Positions 21,102 to 30,093 of a DNA stretch of 64,000 bases are shown one piece after another. Under the pieces are notes generated by a model that was given only the letters and a program-made list of their open reading frames with translations, did no database searches and was not told where the DNA came from. Every line of letters starts with the position of its first letter. Position 1 is the first letter of the stretch. The translations under genes were made by a program, and so were the position numbers. Location: assembly GCA_977017575.1 (NCBI GenBank), contig CDRNVI010000021.1, forward strand, positions 248,001-312,000, read 5' to 3'. The stretch comes from Paramoeba atlantica (Eukaryota; Protista; Discosea).

Positions 21102-21454
21102 GGAAGAGAGGGGTGGGGTAGAATGTGTATAGATGGGATGGGGTATAAAAAGGGGAGTGGGTATATCATTTGTATGTCACATAAGGTTGCGGCTTGCCGG
21201 GTTCACTTTGGTTAGGCAAAGAAAAGTGCGTTAAATTGTTTTTGCTAGTTATCAGTGTTTTCATGCATTTTGGTCAGGAAAAATAGATAGTTTGCCCTTT
21301 TCTTGTATGATAGCCTCGGTTATGCGATACGTAGAGAGAGACTTGTCGGCTTGTTTGATTAATCTTTCTGTTCTTGCCATATTTCACAATATATTTCACT
21401 TGCGTTGTATGTACGGGTATGCCATGACGTTGTCCAATTGATTCGATAAGTACA

Positions 21455-22084
21455 ATGGCGGAGCGCACAGCTGAAAATCGTATTCGTACCACAGACTGGG
21501 AAGATATTCAATATCGCTATGGTAACCTCGTAGGGAAGTATCGACATCATGAAACAGCAATTATTGACCAACAACGTCGTGATCTCCAAGAAGGAAGTGA
21601 TTTTGCAATTTACAACCCATCCGAGGAGAAGGAAAGAACCCGTTTTTCCGACGACGATGATGATTGCAAAGATTGCCCCGATAGTGAACTAGATATGCTG
21701 CGACAAAAAAGACTAGCACAGATGCAGAGGGAGCATGAGGGATATGGTCATATTCGGCACATTGCAGAAAGTGCATACATCGATGAGGTAACCGTGACAA
21801 GCCATAATGCAGACGTGTTTGTTATATTGATGGACCCCGAGCACCAGGGATGCAAGACTCTTCGCACCACTATGCAGGAAGTTTGTGGACGGTACTCGCG
21901 TGTAAAATTCGTAGAAGCCGTAGCATCGAAGGTGTGTGCAAAGTTTCCTCTATCGGGGCTTCCTCTAACTCTTCTCTATCGTAGAGGTGAAATCGTGACT
22001 CAGCTGTGTGGTCTATCTCCGTGGGGAGGATCTTCGCTCAATGAAGCTTCTGTTATTCAATGTTTGAATAGAATTTTATCATAG
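21455..22084 (+). CDS. Phosducin-like protein (PhLP2/Plp2-type, thioredoxin fold)
   Basis: TTDWEDIQYRYGNL N-terminus, LRQKRLAQM..YGHIRHI, KFVE..LPLTLLYRRG. Confidence 0.8.
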   Translation: MAERTAENRIRTTDWEDIQYRYGNLVGKYRHHETAIIDQQRRDLQEGSDFAIYNPSEEKERTRFSDDDDDCKDCPDSELDMLRQKRLAQMQREHEGYGHIRHIAESAYIDEVTVTSHNADVFVILMDPEHQGCKTLRTTMQEVCGRYSRVKFVEAVASKVCAKFPLSGLPLTLLYRRGEIVTQLCGLSPWGGSSLNEASVIQCLNRILS

Positions 22085-22389
22085 ACAGGGATTCGTACCT
22101 AGTGTATTGTCAGGCGGTCATTAGTAATGCTTTGCCCAGGGTTTACATTCTCATATTTCTTCCTTGTGTTCTTCCATGTGTCTGTTTTAGAAGCCGTCGT
22201 TTCATGTTGCTATTTTGCTATTATTCATGAATGAAACTGGTGTCCGCATGCACGGCTCACCCTTTAGCGTTGGAATACGCATGTTTGCGTGTCGTTTTGC
22301 CATGCAGCCTTCGGCAGCTTTCAGTCCACCGGAAAACTGCGTCATTGAAGTGATAAGAAAGGCACGATAAGGAATGAGTCATCGCTGTG

Positions 22390-25300
22390 ATGACCCCATA
22401 CGTTCTTCCTCTTTCGCTGTGTCGAATTCTCCTTCACCTTGTCGTATCACAAATCGGTCTGGTATCCGGTGAAAACACCTTTGTCTACCGCTCATGGGGT
22501 CGTCCCACACCTCTCCGTCTCATTCTCACCCCATTCTACTCCATACAGCCACATAACGAGCTGACCCATGAGCCCTGTAATGCTACGGAATCGGAACCTT
22601 GCATGGGAGGATGGGCCCGACTAAACGCGCGAGTTCGTCACGCGCGTCAAACCGCGACGGACCCAGAAAGTGTGTTTTCCATATTCTTTGTGGACGACGC
22701 CTCCTCGCTTGTCAGCGAACACCCCCTCACCTTTGGACTCAACCACGAAGTGATGCACCGCAGTCGCGGAGATGCATTCGTCCTGGAGCACTGGACAATG
22801 CTCCGCCCGTACGAACCTCGTGTGTGGGATTTTGCCAAACAAAGCCGTGTCCTCCAAACCCCCCTCATCACGCTCAGCAACCTCCGCCTCACTCCCCCCG
22901 CCTTCCATCTCGTCCACCAGCGCTACACCTTCAAACGGGTCGGGCGCTACACCGTCCTTCTCTTCTCCGTCGTCGACCCCTCCCACGACGCCCACCCCCT
23001 GCTCTCCCTCAACACCACCCTACTCAACCTTATCAAACCGCTTAAAAAGTGCCTCAACCCCGATGTGGTGGTACTCCTCATGACACGCCTCCAACGGGAC
23101 TCCAACGACCTTATTTTAGACTCCCCCCTGGTGGATCTCTTCATTCGTAAACGGTTCCACACGCGTCGCAGTGCCATCACGGCCCACCGCTACACCACCG
23201 TCGTGGATCTCCACAGTAAACGCTCCCACGTGTTTGCGTTGGATTGGGACCCGACTCATCGGACAGTACTGAGCCACACCGCAGAGAGTGTGTTGGTGCC
23301 GCTCCCGGGAGACCTGAGCGGGGAGCGGTATCAACAGGACTGTGCGTTCCTGCAACAACAGATTGATCTTGCGGCATTGAAAGGGAGCGAGAGGATAGGG
23401 ACAGCGCTGTCGGAGGTGAGGAGTACTCGAATTCACACAAGTTACTGTCGCGTGGGAGAGTGTGCGCTGGGGCGTTTGTTTGCGGACGCGGCGTATGAAG
23501 CGGTTTATGACCACAACGGCGTCGATTTTGCGGTAGTGGAAGGAGGGGCACTGCGAAAGGGATGGAGTCCGGGTCCGTTTCGTGCAAGTCAGCTCTACAG
23601 TAGTTTTCCGCAGACCGCTCGGCTTTGTGCGGTGCACATGTGGGGTGCGGATGTGTGGCGAATGCTTAATTTTAGTGTTTCTGCGGCGATGGAGACTACA
23701 TTGGATAGTACGGGGTATAAAGGCACAGAGCGGTTTCTCCAGGTCAGTCACTTGCGCTATGAGTACGTCTCCAGTCGTACGGTTTCAGAGGAATCCTCGA
23801 GGTTGGTTCTTGTCGAAGTTTATGATGCACGCACGGGGGGCTGGAAAGAACTCGTAAGAGGGCGTCAGTACACTTTCGTCACCACAGAAGACTTATGTTC
23901 CGGTCGAATGGGGTACGACAAGTCGGTCTTTCGACCCGTATCCTACGATATTTTAAATGGCACCATTCAACATGCAGGCGAAGTCTTCATTCGGACTACA
24001 GGATGCGTGAATCCGGTCTTAGACAAACGCATTGTGCGTCACACAGGAGGAAACAGAACGGACCTGGGCACTTTTATGCTGCCCCCAAAGTGCCAACTGG
24101 ACTGTCATCCTGGTACTTTTTGGGTCTCCGAAGCACATGACTGTGTGTCGTGTCCCATAGGGTATTACCAGCCCTACAGCGCACAAGATCACTGTCTACC
24201 GCTTCTACTTGATCCAGCGGTCTCGAGAGAAGCTCTGGCAGCGGGGGTTCTCAGCGCCATTGCTTGTATTATTTTAGCCTTAACGTTTCCTCTTTTATGG
24301 CAATGGGCAAAAAGCTCTCAACTTACGCACGACCTCAAGGACAATGAACGGATTGCTGGTGAGCTTGCGGATGGCATTGCCTCAAGAAACTTTGAACGAG
24401 TGTCCTACTTGGAGCGTATAGCGCACCCTACTCGAATACAAAGCGCATTCATTGCTATCTTACGTACATTCCGTGCTTATGAGACTAGCCCACAGTCTCA
24501 AGTGAGTCCTGCTGGACTTACATTCAACTCCGAAAGCACGAAGACTTGCATTTTCTTGCAGATATTTTGGAAATTCATAAAATCTTCTCCAGACGAATGC
24601 GACATTCGATTGTGGTTGAAAACGTTGTGTTCTGTCATTGAGAAAATATCTAGCATGTATAGTGGCACTGTATACTCGTACAGCGCTGATTTCCTTACCG
24701 TTCGATGGGAAGGAGACAAAAAAAGGCAGAATGTTCTCTCTTCAGTAAGTTTACTAAAAAGAAAGTTAGATGGCTCATCTCGGCTACCAGTTTATTGGTA
24801 CGCTACTCTGGAGAATAGGGCGCCCGGTTCACAAGTTATAAATTCAACCATTTCGTCAACACGCCGGAATACGCCTAAGCGTATGTTGTACTCTACATAT
24901 GACTCACTAGGAACATTGAGTGATGGGGACAAACTCGTATACAAAATTCAATCTGCTGAATTTCTCTTTAACCGCCGAAAAATCACAGAATCAAATTCCT
25001 GCAGTAGCGTCTCCCGGGAGATGTCTTCTTCAGCCGAAGCTCTTAGCGAAAACTACCCGTATGGCACAGTACGATCCTGTGAAATCGAGTCACTACTCAA
25101 CTACGATATCCTACGCGAAGCCTCTGGCAGAGTGTGGTACCTTTCGCGGAAACTCCTCGGGGAGGGAGGTTTTAGTAAAGTTTACCTTGGGATTGATACC
25201 CATGGAAAACAAGTCGCAATGAAAAAGATCCCCCTTGCTTCCATCAACACCCCCACAACCCATCCCCTCCCTTTGCGACACCTCACGCGGGAAATCTCCT

Positions 25301-25947
25301 TTCTGTGTCGCCTAAACCACCGCAATGTCCTGCGCTACGAGTGCAGTCTACTCTCCAGCGAGAACCTCATCCTTGTGCTGGAGTACATGGGCGGAGGCTC
25401 CCTAGCTGCGCTCCTCACTCGCTTCGGACCTCTACGCCCACAAATCGCGATTCGCTATCTCCGGGATATCCTACACGGGATTCACTACCTCCATAACCGT
25501 GGGATTCTCCATCGGGATATTAAACCCGGCAATATTTTAATTTCCTCCTATGGAGGGAGATGTAAAATTGGGGACTTTGGCACGGCGATCGCATCCGTTC
25601 GTGCGCGAGAAAGCATCGAGCCAAAGTCTGCAGTCCCGATAGGAACTCCATGGTACATGTCCCCGGAGCAATGCCGGGGAGTGTGCTCCGAACACAGCGA
25701 TCTATGGTCCCTGGGGGTACTCACGCATGAGGTGCTTACAGGATCCCTGCCGTATGCGTTAGACGAGGATCTACGCAGTACTCCGGAAGTCTTTATTCAT
25801 GCTCTTGGGAGTGGGCAGATGTGTCCTACACTCGCAACCGGGCTGACGGCAAGTGCCGGATCCTTCCTGAAAAAAATATTTTTTGGACAGGAGAGGGTAT
25901 GCGACGCAAAAGTTCTTCTTCGGCACAGATTTTTACTTGATATTTAA
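22390..25947 (+). CDS. Receptor-like Ser/Thr kinase: signal peptide, degenerate 5'-nucleotidase ectodomain, Cys-rich ephrin-receptor-like module, TM, STE/MEKK-like kinase
   Basis: C..CMGGWAR, CRVGECALGRLFADA, VVEGGALR, YTFVTTEDL (5'-NT folds); CHPGTF..CVSCPIGYYQ..QDHC; hydrophobic ALAAGVLSAIACIILALTFPLLW; LGEGGFSKVY, VAMK, HRDIKPGN, DFG, GTPWYMSPE. Confidence 0.85.
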   Translation: MTPYVLPLSLCRILLHLVVSQIGLVSGENTFVYRSWGRPTPLRLILTPFYSIQPHNELTHEPCNATESEPCMGGWARLNARVRHARQTATDPESVFSIFFVDDASSLVSEHPLTFGLNHEVMHRSRGDAFVLEHWTMLRPYEPRVWDFAKQSRVLQTPLITLSNLRLTPPAFHLVHQRYTFKRVGRYTVLLFSVVDPSHDAHPLLSLNTTLLNLIKPLKKCLNPDVVVLLMTRLQRDSNDLILDSPLVDLFIRKRFHTRRSAITAHRYTTVVDLHSKRSHVFALDWDPTHRTVLSHTAESVLVPLPGDLSGERYQQDCAFLQQQIDLAALKGSERIGTALSEVRSTRIHTSYCRVGECALGRLFADAAYEAVYDHNGVDFAVVEGGALRKGWSPGPFRASQLYSSFPQTARLCAVHMWGADVWRMLNFSVSAAMETTLDSTGYKGTERFLQVSHLRYEYVSSRTVSEESSRLVLVEVYDARTGGWKELVRGRQYTFVTTEDLCSGRMGYDKSVFRPVSYDILNGTIQHAGEVFIRTTGCVNPVLDKRIVRHTGGNRTDLGTFMLPPKCQLDCHPGTFWVSEAHDCVSCPIGYYQPYSAQDHCLPLLLDPAVSREALAAGVLSAIACIILALTFPLLWQWAKSSQLTHDLKDNERIAGELADGIASRNFERVSYLERIAHPTRIQSAFIAILRTFRAYETSPQSQVSPAGLTFNSESTKTCIFLQIFWKFIKSSPDECDIRLWLKTLCSVIEKISSMYSGTVYSYSADFLTVRWEGDKKRQNVLSSVSLLKRKLDGSSRLPVYWYATLENRAPGSQVINSTISSTRRNTPKRMLYSTYDSLGTLSDGDKLVYKIQSAEFLFNRRKITESNSCSSVSREMSSSAEALSENYPYGTVRSCEIESLLNYDILREASGRVWYLSRKLLGEGGFSKVYLGIDTHGKQVAMKKIPLASINTPTTHPLPLRHLTREISFLCRLNHRNVLRYECSLLSSENLILVLEYMGGGSLAALLTRFGPLRPQIAIRYLRDILHGIHYLHNRGILHRDIKPGNILISSYGGRCKIGDFGTAIASVRARESIEPKSAVPIGTPWYMSPEQCRGVCSEHSDLWSLGVLTHEVLTGSLPYALDEDLRSTPEVFIHALGSGQMCPTLATGLTASAGSFLKKIFFGQERVCDAKVLLRHRFLLDI

Positions 25948-26157
25948 AGAGTAGAGGGGTTAGATGTATTGTTTTAGTGATGTAGAAAGAGTACGTTATT
26001 TCGAGGTATCACACGCTTTTGGACTTTTTCAGAATCTTGTTTAGACGTTTTTTGATAGCGAGAAAAATAGATGTACGCGTGCAATGTGAATATCTTCTCT
26101 AGGATCTTTCATATTTCTTGAAAACTCCACCCTATTCCATGCTAAACTAAATTTCAC

Positions 26158-28173
26158 ATGCCGAGCGATCAGCGTCCGAGCACCCATTCCGGGAAGTGGA
26201 CCAGTAAGGTGCCCAAAAGCACCACCACCGCCCCGTTACTCGGTCCCCTCCGTTCTTCCCACTATGGTTCACAATCGGCCAACGCTCATACGACGACCTC
26301 TGAGGATGGAAGTCCCTCACCGGGGAACGGTTCGCATCGTCAGGGCTCAGCGGACTACCGGAGTGGGCAGAGTAACTCCTGGCAGCTCCCTGACTCGGCA
26401 TGGAGTCCAGAGGAGCGCTCACGTTCCTACACAAGCCCTCAACCCCCCTCGAAGGCCTCGTATAGCTTCTTTGGTCTCAGCAGCCCTGCCTGGATGCAAG
26501 GTCGCTATGGTGGGATTCTGTTTGTTTTGCTGTTCGTGTGGGCCGCCGTGAGCAGCGGGTTTCTGGGCTATGCGCTGTATCACAAAACGCTCCGCATGGA
26601 CGTGTTTGCGGGACGGGTCAACCAGGATGGGGTGCGGGATCTGAGCGCGCTTCCGTTGGTAAAGAAACGGGTAACGATACTGCATTTTAATGATATCTAT
26701 GAGCTAGGGCAGCTCGGAGACCGTGGGGGGCTCTCTCGTGCGATCTATCAAAAGGAATTGTACGAAAACGCCAACCCGGGAAACACGATTGCTGTTTTTT
26801 CTGGTGACCTATTAAGTCCTTCTGCAATGTCCACTGCACTGCTTGACGAAAAAGGGAGCAGCCTTAACGGAATTCAAATGGTAAATGTTACGAATCTCTT
26901 GTTCGACATTGCAACATTCGGCAACCATGAGTTTGATCTGAAACCGCTCGTGTTACGGCAACGGCTTCAGGAATCCAACTACCCTTGGATTGCATCTAAC
27001 GTGATGTCAGATTTCTTTCCTCCCTCGAAAACTCCCCCTTTCGTGGTGAAAATGCTAGGAGGAATTAAGATAGGGTTCATCAGCGCAGTGATTGACACCA
27101 TTACTCCCCCGTACGTTCAAATTCTGGGCATTCGCGAAACTGTGGATCGACTCAAAAAAGAGTTAATTCCTCATCTTCGTGAGCAGCTCGGGGTAGAGTT
27201 CGTCGTTGCTTTAACACATCTAGCGTGGGTGGATGACATTCGTCTCATTCAGGAAGAGATCGGCATCGATCTCGTGCTTGGCGGTCACGATCATGAGAAC
27301 ATGCTTTACCGCGTGTCCAATGACTTGGTACCTTTAGCCAAGGCGGACTCCAACACTCGCAGTTTCTATGTCCATGAAATTTACTCGAATCCGAAATACT
27401 CCAAACGGGGTTCATCCTCGACCGAACCCCCGTTTGTGATTCGCAGTGAGCTCAAACCCGTCACAAAGGATTTGCCAACGAACGCGGAGGCAGACCGACT
27501 GATCCAGTATTGGTGGTCCCAGGCCCACACCTCCTTCCTGCGACAAGGGTTTGATTTGGACTCCATCGTCACTACGCTGCCGGAGGGCATTACCTGGGAT
27601 GCACGTAACCATGTGATTCGTCAAGGAACCAATGACCTCACCTTCGTTGTGGGGGAAAGTATGCAATACTGTGCAGCCAAGAAGTATCAATACGCGCTGG
27701 ATGGTGCCATCTACAATGTGGGCATGCTTCGTGTGGATGACATTATGGACTCGGGGGAGATCTCAACCTACGATGTGCTACGTGTGTTGCCTTTTCTGGA
27801 TATGCTGTGTGTTGTACGTGTCCGCGGGGATATTTTACTTAAAGTGTTTGACAAATCACGTACGTACAATGTATGGTTGGGTGGTTTTATTCAGTTGTCA
27901 CATCACTTTAGCGCAGGATGTATGGAAGTGCTCTCTGAGGATCGAAAGTGGGATAAGAGACAGGAATGCACCCTGAACGGGTCTCCCATTCGCAAGAATA
28001 AGATGTACACACTGGCGACTAGTCAGTATCTCGTTTCTGGGCAAGAAATCAATTTATCGTTTTTTAATGCCGCGACGAATCCATCTGTCGAGTTGGTGTG
28101 GAAAACGCAGGATGACTTTCGTAAATGCTTTATCGACTATTTGGAGGACCGTGGTCCTCTGTTTCGCCCGTAG
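26158..28173 (+). CDS. Type II membrane 5'-nucleotidase (UshA/CD73 superfamily)
   Basis: TM GILFVLLFVWAAVSSGFLGYALY; metal motifs HFNDIYE, SGDLLSPS, FGNHEFD, LTHL, LGGHDH; C-terminal 5'-NT domain (LPF, YTLATSQYL). Confidence 0.9.
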   Translation: MPSDQRPSTHSGKWTSKVPKSTTTAPLLGPLRSSHYGSQSANAHTTTSEDGSPSPGNGSHRQGSADYRSGQSNSWQLPDSAWSPEERSRSYTSPQPPSKASYSFFGLSSPAWMQGRYGGILFVLLFVWAAVSSGFLGYALYHKTLRMDVFAGRVNQDGVRDLSALPLVKKRVTILHFNDIYELGQLGDRGGLSRAIYQKELYENANPGNTIAVFSGDLLSPSAMSTALLDEKGSSLNGIQMVNVTNLLFDIATFGNHEFDLKPLVLRQRLQESNYPWIASNVMSDFFPPSKTPPFVVKMLGGIKIGFISAVIDTITPPYVQILGIRETVDRLKKELIPHLREQLGVEFVVALTHLAWVDDIRLIQEEIGIDLVLGGHDHENMLYRVSNDLVPLAKADSNTRSFYVHEIYSNPKYSKRGSSSTEPPFVIRSELKPVTKDLPTNAEADRLIQYWWSQAHTSFLRQGFDLDSIVTTLPEGITWDARNHVIRQGTNDLTFVVGESMQYCAAKKYQYALDGAIYNVGMLRVDDIMDSGEISTYDVLRVLPFLDMLCVVRVRGDILLKVFDKSRTYNVWLGGFIQLSHHFSAGCMEVLSEDRKWDKRQECTLNGSPIRKNKMYTLATSQYLVSGQEINLSFFNAATNPSVELVWKTQDDFRKCFIDYLEDRGPLFRP

Positions 28174-28400
28174 ATTCCGGTAGAGGGAATTTAAGACTTT
28201 TGCAAATATACCTTTAAATTGTTCTGGGCTAAATTTATGGGCATTGGCTTGCAGTTATGGGCAACCTTGGCGTTGGCGGTTGGTTCACTCACACTTAGTT
28301 TTCTTATTTTTGCATAATACCGACAGAAGTTAAGAAGAAGTATAAAAGAAATGCATATCTCCTAAATGTTTCATCACACCAAGCTACAAAAATAAATCTT

Positions 28401-29846
28401 ATGTTATTCTCCCACTCCCCCCAAAAGAACCCACCCACCTTTTTATCCCCAACACCTTCCGCTCTACACCTCCTCCCTCCTTCCCCCCATGTCACCCACC
28501 CCCCCATGTCCCCTCCCCCCCTAACCCCCTCCTCCACCCTCTGCGTCGTCGGACTCGTCGACTCCGGCAAATCCACCCTCCTCGGTCGTCTGCTCTCCGA
28601 CGCGGGGCACCTGGACCCCAAGACGCTCCACAAGGCCTCCCGGGAGGCCCAGAAGCGCGGCAGGCCCTCCCAGCACTATGCCTACCTGATGGACACCACC
28701 GCCGCGGAGCGGCAGCGTGGGATTACGTTGGATCTCGCCTACCACACGCTATCCAGGGCGACGGGTCGGAATCTAACCCTAGTGGACTCCCCGGGCCACC
28801 GGAACTTAATCCCCCGCGTCGCGGCGGCCTGCGCACAGGCCGACATCGCGCTGCTCGTGCTGGACGTCGGGGAGCCATGGGGCGAGACGGGGGAGAGAGG
28901 GGGGGGCGAGACCCCCGAAGGCAAGGCCACAGGTTCACAGCTTCGCGAGCTTGTGTTTCTGCTCCGTATGTCGGGGATTGGGCACGTCGTGGTGGGGGTG
29001 AATAAAATGGATAGTGTGGGTTTAGGGGAGAGTGAGGAAAAGTATCGTATAGCGCGTGAGGGGGTAGAGCAGTGTTTATCTCGGGTAGGGTATGGGCCCT
29101 CGGAGGTGGCTATGGTTCCTGTTAGTGCGCTGCAGGGTCATAATTTGTTGTCCAATCAAAAGAATTACGCATGGTACCACGATCGTTCCTTGGTGGACAC
29201 GCTGTCCTCCATTGTTCCAAAACAACGGCCGGTTGGCTTTCCATTTCGTATGCCGGTTCTGGATGCCTATCGCGTGCCGAACCAGAAAGGGGTCATTCTA
29301 CGCGGTATTCTTGTCTCCGGACAGGTCCGCGCGGGAGATGAAATCCTCATCGCTCCTGATCAGCTACGACTCACTTGTCGATCCGTGCGAGCGAATGGGG
29401 AAGAGATCCAGGCCACAGCAGGGGAGATGACAGAGATTATCGTACACTGCGAGGAAGAACAAGTCACGTCCGGTATGGTAGTCCATACGCCGGAGCGTGC
29501 GCTTCGTATTTCTTCCACGATCGAGGCCCGGATGATTCTCTCCCCACTGGCAAACAAAGCGCTGTTAATGGGATCCCAGGCGCTTCTGTTGATGCATCAC
29601 TGGAGCAGTGAGGTGACCGTTCTGCGTTGTCTCAGTCAACTGGACAAGAAGACGGGACGAGTCATAAAACCGTTTCCGAAATGTCTACGTGCGGAGCAGT
29701 GTGGTGTGGTTCTGCTGCGTGCCACCCGCCCTGTGTGTGGGGAAGTGTTTACCGAACACAAGAGCTGTCTCTCCCGGATTACGCTTGTGGATAACAACAC
29801 GGTTTTGGCAGCCGGGGTGATTCTTTCTTTTCATGAGGATTCATAG
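28401..29846 (+). CDS. HBS1: HBS1/eRF3/EF1A-family translational GTPase (HBS1-like)
   Basis: GLVDSGKST, YAYLMD..ERQRGIT, DSPGH, NKMD, SALQG; domains II and III present. Confidence 0.75.
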   Translation: MLFSHSPQKNPPTFLSPTPSALHLLPPSPHVTHPPMSPPPLTPSSTLCVVGLVDSGKSTLLGRLLSDAGHLDPKTLHKASREAQKRGRPSQHYAYLMDTTAAERQRGITLDLAYHTLSRATGRNLTLVDSPGHRNLIPRVAAACAQADIALLVLDVGEPWGETGERGGGETPEGKATGSQLRELVFLLRMSGIGHVVVGVNKMDSVGLGESEEKYRIAREGVEQCLSRVGYGPSEVAMVPVSALQGHNLLSNQKNYAWYHDRSLVDTLSSIVPKQRPVGFPFRMPVLDAYRVPNQKGVILRGILVSGQVRAGDEILIAPDQLRLTCRSVRANGEEIQATAGEMTEIIVHCEEEQVTSGMVVHTPERALRISSTIEARMILSPLANKALLMGSQALLLMHHWSSEVTVLRCLSQLDKKTGRVIKPFPKCLRAEQCGVVLLRATRPVCGEVFTEHKSCLSRITLVDNNTVLAAGVILSFHEDS

Positions 29847-30093
29847 TGAGGGTGGATCCGTCTGGCATAATTGCAACACCATGTAGATATTACAATGTAT
29901 TATATAGATGTATCATTTTAGGAAAGCGAGGTTCTAGAAATGTACTACACTTTTAAATATATTGTAGTTTTAAACATGATGTAGTGTTGCTGTTTTCAAC
30001 TCTCTGGAATGTAGTATAAAATTTAAATGAATTATATCTGAGAATTCTTCGTTAAGATATTTTTGTACATTATTCTACAACAGTAACGGAATT

